Below, in pieces: positions 34,234 to 44,404 of a stretch of 64,000 bases of DNA (position 1 is its first letter; each line of letters opens with the position of its first letter). A program made the position numbers and the translations under genes. Source of the DNA: Candidatus Omnitrophota bacterium. GTDB lineage: Bacteria; Omnitrophota; Gorgyraeia; Gygaellales; Profunditerraquicolaceae. The stretch spans positions 123,723 to 187,722 of the forward strand of contig JAGOOP010000001.1 of NCBI GenBank assembly GCA_017992455.1, written 5' to 3'. The notes under the pieces are model-generated. The model saw only the letters and a list, made by a program, of their open reading frames with translations, did not search any database and had not been told where the DNA came from.

Positions 34234-35274
34234 TCATCGCCGGGCTGACGCAAGGACGTCCGGGCAGCCTCCTGCGGGCTGCATGCCGTCTTTTGATTTT
34301 GAATCCGGCCGGGCTGTATGCCGGAACTCCTCGATGACCGCCTGCATCTGCGCGGCTGTTTTCGCCGCGGTCGCATGCTGGCGCAGATGACGGACGCCGT
34401 GATGGCCCCAGGTGTACCAGATGAAGAACTTGCGGAAGGATACCACGCCGACCCGCTCTTTATGAAAATCGACGGATAAACGCAGATGCCTGCTCATGAC
34501 GTCGGAGATGGCCGCGACCCCGGGCCGGGCGGGGATCGCGCCGCGCTTAAAATATTCCTCCAGTTCGCGGAAGATCCACGGATTTCCCAAAGCGCCGCGC
34601 GCGACGAGAACACCGTCGCATCCCGTCTCATCGAACATTTTCTTTGCGAGCCGCGGCGTAAAAATATCGCCGCTTGCGATCACGGGGATCGAAACGGCTT
34701 TTTTGACCGACCCGATAGCGCCATGATCGACGGTCCCGGCGTACCCCTGCTGTTTGGTCCTGCCGTGGATGAACACGGCGCATACGCCGGCATCCTGCAG
34801 CCGCGCCGCTACTTCGGCACAATTGACCGACCGATCGTCCCAGCCGGTGCGGATCTTTGCCGTCACCGGGACTTTCGACAGGCGCACGACGATCGCCGCC
34901 AGCTTTTGTAATTTGACCGGGTCCCGCAACAGGCTCGCGCCTTCGCCGCGGCGCGTCACCTTGCGTTCGGGACATGCGGCGTTGAAATCAAGGATGTCGA
35001 AGGCATACGAGGACATGATATCCATGCCCCGCCTGATAAATTCGGGTTCGCAGCCGAGCAGCTGCACGCCCAAAGGCCTGTCGTCCGCCTCGCTGGCCAG
35101 CATCTGCCTGGTCTTGACGCTCTTATATCCGAGGCACCGGGCATTGATCATTTCGACGAACGCGCATTCACAGCCGAACGACCGGTTGAGCATGCGGAAC
35201 GGCAGGTCGCTGATCCCCGCCATGGGCGCAAGTATCCACCGCGACGAAAGTTTTACACTACCGATCTTCAGCAT
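34234..35274 (-). CDS. dus: tRNA-dihydrouridine synthase
   Basis: LAPMAGISDLPFRMLNRSFG...LDFNAACP...VTAKIRTGWD...HGRT. Confidence 0.9.
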   Translation of the reverse strand: MLKIGSVKLSSRWILAPMAGISDLPFRMLNRSFGCECAFVEMINARCLGYKSVKTRQMLASEADDRPLGVQLLGCEPEFIRRGMDIMSSYAFDILDFNAACPERKVTRRGEGASLLRDPVKLQKLAAIVVRLSKVPVTAKIRTGWDDRSVNCAEVAARLQDAGVCAVFIHGRTKQQGYAGTVDHGAIGSVKKAVSIPVIASGDIFTPRLAKKMFDETGCDGVLVARGALGNPWIFRELEEYFKRGAIPARPGVAAISDVMSRHLRLSVDFHKERVGVVSFRKFFIWYTWGHHGVRHLRQHATAAKTAAQMQAVIEEFRHTARPDSKSKDGMQPAGGCPDVLASARR

Positions 35275-35310
35275 AGGAATACAATAGAATTGTATGGGTG
35301 AGCGGCCGTA

Positions 35311-36258
35311 TTATGAAAAACTGCCGATGCTGCGATATTTCCGGTAACGGTTCCTGAGAAGGTCTTCTTTACTGAGCGACTGCAGCTGCATAAGGTTACC
35401 GACAACCGCTTTCTTGAGGTTTTTGCACATGAGCGGGGGATCACGGTGCGCGCCGCCGAGCGGCTCCGCAACAACCTCGTCGATGATACCGAGCTTGAGA
35501 AGCTGGTGCGCATTGAGCTTGAGGACTTCCGCCGCCTCGGGCGCTTTTGCCGAGCTTTTCCACAATATGGCAGCGCACCCCTCGGGAGAGATGACGGAAT
35601 AATACGCATTTTCGAGGACGCAGACCCTGTCGGCGACCCCGATACCGAGCGCCCCGCCCGAACCTCCCTCGCCGATGACCGTCGCCACGATCGGAACGCC
35701 GATCGTGGTCATCTCGCGCAGGTTCAAGGCGATCGCCTGCGCCTGGCCCCGTTCTTCGGCGCCGATGCCCGGATACGCGCCGGGAGTATCGATGAATATG
35801 ACAACGGGAACATTGAACTTTTCCGCCATTTGCATAAGCCGCAGCGCCTTTCGGTACCCTTCCGGATGCGCACAGCCGAAATTCCGCCTCAGGTTGTCCT
35901 TGATATCCCTTCCCTTTTGATGGCCCATGACCATAACCTTGGTTCCGTCAAGCCGGGCAAGCCCGCCGATAAGCGCTTTATCGTCGGCGAATGCGCGATC
36001 GCCGTGCAATTCGACAAAATCCGTCATGAGGGCCCCGATATAATCGCTGGTATACGGCCGCTGGGGATGGCGGGCGATAAGCACGCGCTGCCACGGGGTC
36101 AGATTGGCATATATTTCTTTCTCCTGCGCCGCGCGTTTTTCCTCAAGGTTGCGGATCTCCGCGGACAGGTCTACCTTTTTATCGGCCGCGAATTTCTGGA
36201 GTTCCTGGATATGCTTATCAAGCTCGACAAGCGGCTTCTCGAAATCAAATCCTGCCAT
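35311..36258 (-). CDS. accA: Acetyl-CoA carboxylase carboxyltransferase alpha subunit
   Basis: FIDTPGAYPGIGAEERGQAQAIA...VIGEGGSGGALGIGV. Confidence 0.95.
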   Translation of the reverse strand: MAGFDFEKPLVELDKHIQELQKFAADKKVDLSAEIRNLEEKRAAQEKEIYANLTPWQRVLIARHPQRPYTSDYIGALMTDFVELHGDRAFADDKALIGGLARLDGTKVMVMGHQKGRDIKDNLRRNFGCAHPEGYRKALRLMQMAEKFNVPVVIFIDTPGAYPGIGAEERGQAQAIALNLREMTTIGVPIVATVIGEGGSGGALGIGVADRVCVLENAYYSVISPEGCAAILWKSSAKAPEAAEVLKLNAHQLLKLGIIDEVVAEPLGGAHRDPPLMCKNLKKAVVGNLMQLQSLSKEDLLRNRYRKYRSIGSFS

Positions 36259-36269
36259 ATTTTTTCCTT

Positions 36270-37088
36270 TTAATCGACAATGGCGACCTCGACCCCGACC
36301 GGGATTACGCTATACAGTTCTTCGACGTCCCGGTTTGCCATGCGGATACAGCCCGCAGTCGCCTGCGTCCCGAGGCTTTTGGGGTCGGTCGTGCCGTGAA
36401 TGCCGTATCCCTGTTTTGACAGTCCGAGCCACCGCGTGCCCAGGATGTTCTCGGGGCTGCCCGCCGGGATCACGGCGCCCGGCTTATACCACGGGGGGTT
36501 CGGGATCTTTTCAATGATCGTGAACGTTCCGACCGGCGTCGAGTTGTTCACGCCGGTCGCGACCGTATAGCTTTTAAAGACCGTGTCGTTGGTCTTGAGC
36601 AAAAGAATATTCTGGGATTTATCAACGACGATGTTGAAGGGGGTGGTCCACACCTTCAGCCTGGTGCCGGGGAATATATTGTCGCCGGACAGCTCATTAC
36701 TTTTCTTGATCAATTCAACGGTCGTTTTATGCTCGCGGGCGATCTTTTCCAGGGAATCGCCTGCCTTGATCACATATTCGCTGCTTCCCGGGATCATCTC
36801 CCGGGAAAACAACAGCGCCATGTTCAAAGCCTCGACCTTCTGCTGCCACAAAAGTACCTCGCGGGAATTCGGGATCTCGTTGATCAAGCGCTGATATTCC
36901 CGGCGGGCGCCGGGCAGATCATTCCGCGACTCAAGGTCCCGCGCGGCTGCCGATTCGGCGGAAACCGGGCCCGCAGGCGCTCTTGAACAGGACAACAACG
37001 GACAGGTCCTGCTGACTGTTTTTAAAACAAAGAAGGCCGCGACCGCGCATACCGCGATCCCGCCCACGATCAACCGCTTCTTATCCAC
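36270..37088 (-). CDS. L,D-transpeptidase (YkuD) with LysM domain
   Basis: The LysM domain is YVIKAGDSLEKIAREHKTTVELIKKSNEL. The YkuD active site is HGTTDPKSLGTQATAGCIRMANRDVEELY. Confidence 0.85.
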   Translation of the reverse strand: MDKKRLIVGGIAVCAVAAFFVLKTVSRTCPLLSCSRAPAGPVSAESAAARDLESRNDLPGARREYQRLINEIPNSREVLLWQQKVEALNMALLFSREMIPGSSEYVIKAGDSLEKIAREHKTTVELIKKSNELSGDNIFPGTRLKVWTTPFNIVVDKSQNILLLKTNDTVFKSYTVATGVNNSTPVGTFTIIEKIPNPPWYKPGAVIPAGSPENILGTRWLGLSKQGYGIHGTTDPKSLGTQATAGCIRMANRDVEELYSVIPVGVEVAIVD

Positions 37089-37111
37089 TCATCCCTCCTC
37101 GCACGCGCCCG

Positions 37112-37561
37112 TCAATGCGCGATATATGCAATGATCACGCCTAAGATAAAGCCGGCAATGACCTCGATCGGCGTATGGCCGATGAACTCACGCAGGCGGC
37201 CTTCCCGTATCTTGCCCTGCCAGTAGATATCGTCCATGATCTTGTTCAATATCCGCGCCTGGCTGCCTGTTGCGCGCCGCACGCCCTGGGCGTCGAACAT
37301 AACGACGAGAGCGAACGAAGCGGCAAGCGCAAAATGGACGCTGTCGAACCCGTACGAAAGGCCGATGGCCGTTGCCAGGCACGATGCGCCGGCGGTATGG
37401 CTCGACGGCATACCCCCGGTCCCTACAAACCAGCGGAAATCGATCTTTTTCTGGATAAAATAGCCCACAATGACTTTCAGCGACTGGGCGATCACCCAGC
37501 TGGAAAGAACGGTAAGCAGGATCTTATTATGCGCGAACTGCACGAAAAAATCGTTCATCAA
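37112..37561 (-). CDS. Divergent PAP2 family membrane protein (DUF212)
   Basis: GGMPSSHTAGASCLATAIGL...MFDAQGVRRATGSQA. Confidence 0.8.
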   Translation of the reverse strand: MMNDFFVQFAHNKILLTVLSSWVIAQSLKVIVGYFIQKKIDFRWFVGTGGMPSSHTAGASCLATAIGLSYGFDSVHFALAASFALVVMFDAQGVRRATGSQARILNKIMDDIYWQGKIREGRLREFIGHTPIEVIAGFILGVIIAYIAH

Positions 37562-38208
37562 TTGTCCACGGGAGACGCCTGGACTTCGATCTTCACCCGC
37601 GCAGGCATCGTTATTTTCCCGTCCCTGATAATATACCCTTTGTTCCCCAGCAGTATCTCGTTCACCCGGCGCTTCGCGTCGGTCCTGACCATGACCGGCG
37701 ACGATCTGCGCGCGCTGCGCGTTTTACGCCTCAGATCCTTGATCGCTTTCTTTAATCCGTCGATAGAACTGAGCGCCGCGGCCATCCGGTCCCTGTCCTG
37801 AGATGCGGCAGACAATCCGGCGCGCAGACTGTCGATCTGGTCCACGAGAGCGGCGTTTTCCTGCCGCGCGATCGATATCTGTTCGCTCAAGGCCTCCGCA
37901 TTATCCTGAGCCTCCACGATCGCCGCTTCCAGCATCGAAAATTTGATTTGATCTTCTTTGATGCGGTTTTTCAATCCCGAATTCTCGAGCATCAAGTTTT
38001 GCGCGCCTTCCCGGGCGCGCTCCAGATCGCCGGAAAGATTATCCCGCACCTGTTCCAGATATGCGATCTCATCCTGAACATGAGCAAGCTCTGCCTGCAT
38101 GCGGGCCCTTTCCTGCAAAAAAGCCGTGAAGCGATACAGGCTATAGCCGGTGACCCCAACGAGTATCAATAATGCACCAGATGCAAGCGGCACAATCGTT
38201 TTATGCAT
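37558..38208 (-). CDS. Membrane-anchored coiled-coil protein, unknown function
   Basis: Start MHKTIVPLASGALLILVGVTGYSLY gives one TM helix, followed by a long heptad-rich region. Confidence 0.5.
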   Translation of the reverse strand: MHKTIVPLASGALLILVGVTGYSLYRFTAFLQERARMQAELAHVQDEIAYLEQVRDNLSGDLERAREGAQNLMLENSGLKNRIKEDQIKFSMLEAAIVEAQDNAEALSEQISIARQENAALVDQIDSLRAGLSAASQDRDRMAAALSSIDGLKKAIKDLRRKTRSARRSSPVMVRTDAKRRVNEILLGNKGYIIRDGKITMPARVKIEVQASPVDN

Positions 38209-38385
38209 AAAGCCTTCTTCTTGAACCTTAATTATATGATGGCAGGGCTTAAAATGCAAGCCCTTTTGCCGAAAACAACGGAAACAGCCGGGTGTCCAGG
38301 GAAGCGCGAATAGCGTTGAAATAGCTTGACCCCGGGATAACGGGTGCTAGACTAACATATATATAAAAAACCATTGCGCCTCTTA

Positions 38386-39900
38386 ATGTTACGGTCCTGT
38401 TTAGGTAAAACATATGAACGATATCGGCGCGCGGCATGCGCGCGCCCCACATGTTCCACAAACATCGGTTTGATCGTTATCATTCTGGCTGCTGCCGGAG
38501 TTTTTTTGAGATGCTTCAAACTATCGTTTCAAAGCTATTGGTTTGACGAGATCAACAGCATCGAGCACGTTTCGCAAAACGTATTTTTCAAGTGGATTGC
38601 CCATGGTTCCGGAGGCGATCCCCCGCTGTATGAATTTTTGTTATATTTCTGGCTACGCATATTCGGCAGCCATGAGACGCCGGTCAGGGCGCTTTCGGCG
38701 ATTTTCAGCATCGGGACGATTCCTGCTTTATACGCATTGACGCGGGAACTGTTCGACCGCAGAACAGCCGGGTACAGTGTTATTTTGTTATCGCTGTCCT
38801 CATATCATATTTTTTACGCGCAGGAAGCGCGGATGTACGCGCTGACCGGATTCCTCGTCATCATTTCTGCGGTTTTTTTTATCAAGGCATTAAAACACGG
38901 CCGGGTCATGTGGTGGGCGCTCTATGCACTAACCGCCGCCCTGGCGTTTTATGCGCATTATGCCGTTTTATTCATCATCTTTGCAGAATACGCGACGCTG
39001 TGCTTATTCCGTCACACATGCAAGATACGATTATGGTATTGGCTCGGCAGCGCATCGGCCATAGCGATCATGATTCTTCCCTGGATAGGGCGGTCCGTCA
39101 TCCCCTGTTTTATTACGCCCGTTTTTATCAACCGGGACGCGTATTTATGGGTACCGCCCCCGTCCCCGAAGATCATTATCGACACCTTCATATTTTTTAT
39201 CGCGGGCCACGAATGGGTGCTGCGGGCACTGCCCCGCGGGTTCGATGTCGCCTGCAAAACAGCGGTGACCGCGACAGGATCGATGATCCTCGCCGACCTG
39301 TGGCTGACATTCAAACAAACGGGGCCCCGGGCGGAAAAAGCTCACGCGGCCCTGCTTGTCGTATGGTGCCTCCTGCCCGTTGCCGCCGTATATACGGTAT
39401 CTGTTCTCCTGAAACCGATATATGTAGTGCGGTACGTTGATACGGCTCTTCTTGCCCTGCTCGTTTTGTGCGCCCGCGCCATATGCCGCATGCGGGCCGG
39501 ATATTTAGTAATATCCTTTTTTATCTTTTATGCTATCCTCAACATCATGACGCTGAATCATTATTATCGCTTTCAAGTCAAATCGCCCGGCCGCGAAATC
39601 GCGGACCATCTCCGTTCAAAACAGCTGGCCGATAAATACATTCTGATCCACAGTCCGTATGAAATGCGGGTCATCGGATATTATTATCCCGGGATATCGC
39701 ACGCGATCCGCGAGCTCACGCCCCAATCGTTCCGGAATGCAATCAAACATAACCGCGACCTGGTGTTCGTTGTTCCCCTCGATAATTTCCGGGCACCGGA
39801 CGGCATCGAGCATGATCTTACCGAGCGCTATCAGCAGACGGGCCGCGATGTGCTCGGACCCGTTCAAATAATCGTATTCAGCAAAGTCTCCTCGCCCTGA
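38386..39900 (+). CDS. Glycosyltransferase family 39 / ArnT-PMT-like membrane glycosyltransferase
   Basis: Polytopic protein with YWFDEINSIEHV near the first loop, in an ArnT/PMT_2-like layout. The start is uncertain (ATG at 38386 or TTG at 38374). Confidence 0.65.
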   Translation: MLRSCLGKTYERYRRAACARPTCSTNIGLIVIILAAAGVFLRCFKLSFQSYWFDEINSIEHVSQNVFFKWIAHGSGGDPPLYEFLLYFWLRIFGSHETPVRALSAIFSIGTIPALYALTRELFDRRTAGYSVILLSLSSYHIFYAQEARMYALTGFLVIISAVFFIKALKHGRVMWWALYALTAALAFYAHYAVLFIIFAEYATLCLFRHTCKIRLWYWLGSASAIAIMILPWIGRSVIPCFITPVFINRDAYLWVPPPSPKIIIDTFIFFIAGHEWVLRALPRGFDVACKTAVTATGSMILADLWLTFKQTGPRAEKAHAALLVVWCLLPVAAVYTVSVLLKPIYVVRYVDTALLALLVLCARAICRMRAGYLVISFFIFYAILNIMTLNHYYRFQVKSPGREIADHLRSKQLADKYILIHSPYEMRVIGYYYPGISHAIRELTPQSFRNAIKHNRDLVFVVPLDNFRAPDGIEHDLTERYQQTGRDVLGPVQIIVFSKVSSP

Positions 39901-40045
39901 TATCGAAGGCGTCGCGTCCGCGGCTCTCGCCATTCGCTCCTCTTCCTCCCAGGCACGCATAAAAAAATAATAGTGAGATTTTCTTTGAGGAAGCATCTGT
40001 TATATTAAGGAAGCGTTCATCATGGCCGGAAAGGAGAAGCTGCGT

Positions 40046-41578
40046 ATGCTCGCAAAAATATTGAGTTACGGTATACTTGGAATAGACGCGTATCCTATTG
40101 AAGTGGAAGTGGATGTTTCAAGCGGAGGACTGCCGGTGGTAAGTCTGGTGGGATTGGCGGACAAAGCGATCAATGAAAGCAAGGTCAGGGTCAAGGCGGC
40201 GATCAAGAATTCCGGCTTCGAATGGCCCGGCACGCGCATCACCATAAGCCTCGCACCCTCCCATCTCAAAAAAGAGGGATCGGGGTATGATCTTGCCATA
40301 GCGCTCGGGGTCCTTGCCGCAAGCGGACAGTGTTCTGCCGCACCCCTGAAAGATTATTGTTTCCTGGGAGAGCTTGCTCTGGACGGATCGCTGCGCCCTG
40401 CGCGCGGGGTCCTGCCGATCAGCATGGCGGTAAAAAGATCGGGTATCCCGCGCATCGTGTTGCCGGAGGCGAATGCGAAAGAAGCCGCGCTGGTATCGGA
40501 AATACAGGCGTGGCCGATGGCTGCCCTGCGCCAGGCCGTGGACTTCCTGAACGACCCCGGCGGAAAAATCCCGTTCTCTATCGACAGATCCCGGCTTTTA
40601 AAACAGAACGCGAAGTACGCCGTCGATTTCTCCGATGTGACAGGCCAGTTCGCGGCAAAACGCAGCATTGAAGTCGCGGTCGCGGGCGGTCACAACCTCC
40701 TGATGATCGGCCCTCCGGGCAGCGGCAAGACCATGCTTGCGCGGCGCATTCCTACGATCATGCCTGAGGTAACGCTTGAGGAAGCGCTCGAGATAACCAA
40801 GATCCATTCCGTGGCCGGGATGCTGCCGATCAAGGACGGGATCATGGCAACGCATCCGTTCCGCCTTCCCCACCATACCGTCTCGTATTCGGCGCTGGCA
40901 GGCGGCGGCCCGGTGCCGCGGCCGGGCGAGATCAGCCTCGCCCATCAAGGCGTCCTGTTCCTTGACGAACTACCCGAGTTCAAGCGGGACTGCCTGGAGA
41001 TCCTGCGCCAGCCCCTCGAAGACGGATGCATCCATATATCGCGCGCGGCCCGGTCGTTCGTTTTCCCGGCGCGCTTTATGCTCGTCTGCGCATGCAATCC
41101 CTGCCCGTGCGGCTATTTCTCCGATCCGCGCAAGGCATGCACATGCAATGCGGCGAAAATACAGGCGTATATGAGCAAAATATCAGGCCCGCTGCTCGAC
41201 CGCATCGATATCCATATCGCAGTCCCTTCGGTCAAATACCAGGACCTGAACGAACCCGCGGCTGCCGAATCGTCCGCTGAGATCAAAAAAAGGATCGAAC
41301 GGGCGCGCGCGGTACAACGCGTCCGGCTGCTGTCCGAAGGGATCTTTTATAATGCGGCCATGGACACCAAACAGGTCAAACGATTTTGCATTCTTTCGGA
41401 CGACGCCCGCGGCCTTCTCAAAATGGCGATGGCTGAATTAGGCCTTTCGGCGCGGGGATATACGAAGATACTCAAGGTCTCGCGGACGATCGCGGACCTG
41501 GCGGGATCGAATGAAATCATCGAGCAACATATGGCCGAGGCCATACAGTACCGCGGGCACAACGGACAGGATCAATAG
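40046..41578 (+). CDS. comM: YifB/ComM family Mg-chelatase-like AAA+ ATPase
   Basis: MLAKILSYGILGIDAYPIEVEVDV..., Walker A is GPPGSGKTM and Walker B is LFLDELPEF. The zinc-ribbon-like CACNPCPCGY is also present. Confidence 0.9.
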   Translation: MLAKILSYGILGIDAYPIEVEVDVSSGGLPVVSLVGLADKAINESKVRVKAAIKNSGFEWPGTRITISLAPSHLKKEGSGYDLAIALGVLAASGQCSAAPLKDYCFLGELALDGSLRPARGVLPISMAVKRSGIPRIVLPEANAKEAALVSEIQAWPMAALRQAVDFLNDPGGKIPFSIDRSRLLKQNAKYAVDFSDVTGQFAAKRSIEVAVAGGHNLLMIGPPGSGKTMLARRIPTIMPEVTLEEALEITKIHSVAGMLPIKDGIMATHPFRLPHHTVSYSALAGGGPVPRPGEISLAHQGVLFLDELPEFKRDCLEILRQPLEDGCIHISRAARSFVFPARFMLVCACNPCPCGYFSDPRKACTCNAAKIQAYMSKISGPLLDRIDIHIAVPSVKYQDLNEPAAAESSAEIKKRIERARAVQRVRLLSEGIFYNAAMDTKQVKRFCILSDDARGLLKMAMAELGLSARGYTKILKVSRTIADLAGSNEIIEQHMAEAIQYRGHNGQDQ

Positions 41579-44367
41579 ATACGCTTTTTACCGAATATTT
41601 CTTTAAGGATAACGCGGGCTATATGCTCGGCCAAAAACCGGTTTCCTTTTTCCGTGCAATGGCCGAAGTCCCCGGCGAACTTATCGCGAAAAATTTCCTT
41701 GAACCCTTCCGAAGCTATTATTTTTTCAAAAACGGCCCTGTTATCGATAAAAATAATATTCTTGTCGTTCTTGAATATTTTCTTTAACGGAGTTATATCG
41801 CGAAGGGGATATTGCATGCAGATCATCGGAATGCCCCGCTTGTCGAGGATCTGCTTAAACGCACGGTAGTTATGAATAAAAGCGCCCTTGGAATCCTCCA
41901 ATCTCAACCTATCCGCCTTTTGAGCATACTGCTTTGCCAGCGCCGGTTTCTTAAGCTCAGCGTATAATGCCGAAAGGGCCCCGCAGGCGCGCTCATTCCG
42001 GGGATTCAGAACAACGGCTTGCTTTAAAATATCTTCCGCCCGGGCAAAATCGCCTTGTTCGCTATAAAAAGATCCCAATCCGCAATAAGCGCTATCGTTC
42101 AGGGGATTTAAGGCAATGGCTTTCCGGAATGCGCTCTCAATAATATCGAACGGTCTTTGTCGTTCGTACAAGATCCATCCCCATACGGCATAGGCCCAAT
42201 CGTTCTCAGGATTCAGCTCTATTGCTTTCTGAACAAACGTTTCGGCCTGCTCCAGTCTGCCGAGTTCGTGATAAAGCCATCCCAGTTCCGTATACGCCAG
42301 ATCGTTCTGAGCATCAATTTCCAGGGCCTTCTGAACAAACGCTTCGGCCCGGACGTATTCGCCCCGCTCCCGATAACACCCTGCAAGTTCGACATACGCA
42401 TTATCGTTTTTCGGATTCAACCGCAATGCTTCTTTGAGCATGGCTTCCGCCTCGAAGACTTTGCCCTGTTCCCGATAACACCCTGCAAGTTCGACATGCG
42501 CATTATCGTTTTTCGGATTCAACCGCAATGCTTCTTTGAGCATGGCTTCTGCCTGAGCGACTCGACGCTGGCTACGATACATAATCCCCAGGCCGGAATA
42601 TGCGCCGTCGCTGCGGGGGTTTATCTCCAACGCTTTTCTAAACGATATTTCCGCGCGGTCGTATTGCCCTTGTTTGAGGCACAAAGACCCCAGACCGGAA
42701 TATGCGCCGTCGCTGCGGGGGTTTATCTCCAACGCTTTCCGGAAGGATCGTTCCGCCTTGTCGAATGAACTCTGATCGTGATACACAAGGCCGAGCTCCA
42801 TGTGCACGGCATCCATAAGCGGGTTTATCTCAAGGGCCCGTTTGCACGCGTCTTCTGCGCGGGCGTAATCGCCTTGTGCGCGATAGATCCCCGCTAACCA
42901 GAAGTATGCGTTTTCATTCAGGGAATCTGAGTTTAACGCTCGCTTCGTAACCGCTAGTGCCCGGGCAAAATCCCCTCGCTCGCGATACAACGCCCCTAAT
43001 GCAAAGCACGCCGTATCGTTCTGAGGGGATATTTCCAATACCGCCTGAAAAGCTTTTTCGGCCTCGTCGAATCTGTCCTGGAGACGATACGCCTCTCCCA
43101 GTCCTATATACGCCTGGTCATTGCGCGGATCCATCTCCAGCGCTTTCCGGAAGGATCGTTCCGCCTTGTCGAACGAGCTCTGATCGCGATACAAAAAGCC
43201 GAGCTCAAGATATGCCTCTGCCTTACGCGGATTGATCTCTACCGCCTTCGTAAAAAACTTCTCTGCTTCCGCGTCCCTGCCCTTGCCGCGGCACACGACC
43301 CCCGATCCGAAATACGCCTGATCATTGCGCGGATTCATCTCCGCCGCCTTTCTAAACGATATTTCCGCGCGGCCGTACTGCCTCTGTTCGAGGTACAGAG
43401 ACCCCAGGCCGGAATATGCGCCGTCGTTGCGGGGGTTTATCTCCAACGCTTTTCTAAACGATATTTCCGCGCGGCCGTACTGCCTTTGTTCGAGGTACAG
43501 AAACCCCAGGCCGGAATATGCGCCGTCGTTGCGGGGGTTTATCTCCAACGCTTTTCTAAACGATATTTCCGCGCGGCCGTACTGCCTCTGTTCGAGGTAC
43601 GAAAACCCAAGACAGGAATATGCGCCGTCGTTGCGGGGGTTTGTCTCCAACGCTTTTCGAAAGGATATTTCCGCCTGTGTAAAATCGCCCCGCCGCTGAT
43701 GTTCAAAAGCCCGTGCGATATATGCGTTATCGTCATGGGGGACGGGTTCGATAGCCTGCGTGCACGGAACCGCTGGCTGCGACAATACACAAAGCTCCTG
43801 CGGAGAATCAGGCGCGGCCGGCAGCCCCTTGCCCTTATCGCGTTTTCTTCCGTCGTCTCTCGTCCTGAAAGATCCGATCGCCTTCAGTTTCCGATCAACA
43901 TGCGGCCAGAGAGATCTCGCTATTTTATACGTTCTCATCGAGGTAAAAAAACGGATGATCCCCGGCAGATCAGCTTTGGCGTTCAGAACATCCGCCCCCG
44001 AATCATTTATTCCCATCATTACGATTACCAGATCGGGACGGTATATATCAAGATATGCTTCAACGCTATTGAGAATTCCCGCGCTCGTTGCAGCCGCATT
44101 GCCCTTATCGATAACGGCAAAACGCACGCCGATATCATGCTGGTTCAAAATTTCTTCCAGGATCGGGGGATACTGGTTCTGGGTCGTCGATTCACCGAGA
44201 CAAAGGATACGATAATCGCCCCTTTGTTTCAACGTCTGCCTGTTCCTGTATTCCTGGAGATAAAAAACAGCTTTCCCTTCTATTCGCAATCCGATCTCCA
44301 GAAATACCGCGGCTAACGACACGATCAGAGCCAGTTTCCTGAAATAGATCCCATAAGGACGCTTCAT
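41572..44367 (-). CDS. TM-anchored SGNH hydrolase-like protein split by a ~20-unit TPR array (paralog 1)
   Basis: Likely start MKRPYGIYF at 44367. The SGNH blocks are CLGESTT (I), IDKGNAAAT (II) and MMGINDSG (III), then the TPR repeats, then FAGDFGHCT (V, DxxH). Confidence 0.8.
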   Translation of the reverse strand: MKRPYGIYFRKLALIVSLAAVFLEIGLRIEGKAVFYLQEYRNRQTLKQRGDYRILCLGESTTQNQYPPILEEILNQHDIGVRFAVIDKGNAAATSAGILNSVEAYLDIYRPDLVIVMMGINDSGADVLNAKADLPGIIRFFTSMRTYKIARSLWPHVDRKLKAIGSFRTRDDGRKRDKGKGLPAAPDSPQELCVLSQPAVPCTQAIEPVPHDDNAYIARAFEHQRRGDFTQAEISFRKALETNPRNDGAYSCLGFSYLEQRQYGRAEISFRKALEINPRNDGAYSGLGFLYLEQRQYGRAEISFRKALEINPRNDGAYSGLGSLYLEQRQYGRAEISFRKAAEMNPRNDQAYFGSGVVCRGKGRDAEAEKFFTKAVEINPRKAEAYLELGFLYRDQSSFDKAERSFRKALEMDPRNDQAYIGLGEAYRLQDRFDEAEKAFQAVLEISPQNDTACFALGALYRERGDFARALAVTKRALNSDSLNENAYFWLAGIYRAQGDYARAEDACKRALEINPLMDAVHMELGLVYHDQSSFDKAERSFRKALEINPRSDGAYSGLGSLCLKQGQYDRAEISFRKALEINPRSDGAYSGLGIMYRSQRRVAQAEAMLKEALRLNPKNDNAHVELAGCYREQGKVFEAEAMLKEALRLNPKNDNAYVELAGCYRERGEYVRAEAFVQKALEIDAQNDLAYTELGWLYHELGRLEQAETFVQKAIELNPENDWAYAVWGWILYERQRPFDIIESAFRKAIALNPLNDSAYCGLGSFYSEQGDFARAEDILKQAVVLNPRNERACGALSALYAELKKPALAKQYAQKADRLRLEDSKGAFIHNYRAFKQILDKRGIPMICMQYPLRDITPLKKIFKNDKNIIFIDNRAVFEKIIASEGFKEIFRDKFAGDFGHCTEKGNRFLAEHIARVILKEIFGKKRIY
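42369..42572. repeat. Two near-identical 102-bp tandem units (TPR-coding)
   Basis: The units begin with CCCGATAACACCCTGCAAG at 42369 and 42471. A further 102-bp-spaced pair starts at 42613 and 42715. Confidence 0.9.
43327..43734. repeat. Four tandem 102-bp units (34-aa TPR period), three near-identical
   Basis: The units start at 43327, 43429, 43531 and 43633 (GCGGGGGTTTATCTCCAACGCTTTTCTAAACGATATTTCCGCGCGGCCGTACTGCC...). They encode RAEISFRKALEINPRNDGAYSGLG.LYLEQRQYG. Confidence 0.9.
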
Positions 44368-44404
44368 TGTCGGTTTTTTCTTTCTGCGTGCATTGTTGAG
44401 CGTA

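Noticed and set aside
42369-43734. Regularly spaced repeats, considered as a possible CRISPR array. The same question applies to the 26-nt palindromes elsewhere.
   Set aside because: The 102-bp units are contiguous, with no unique spacers. They lie in frame within a TPR protein, encoding one 34-aa TPR per unit. The 26-nt palindromes are dispersed singly or as inverted pairs at gene ends, not in arrays, and no cas genes are present.
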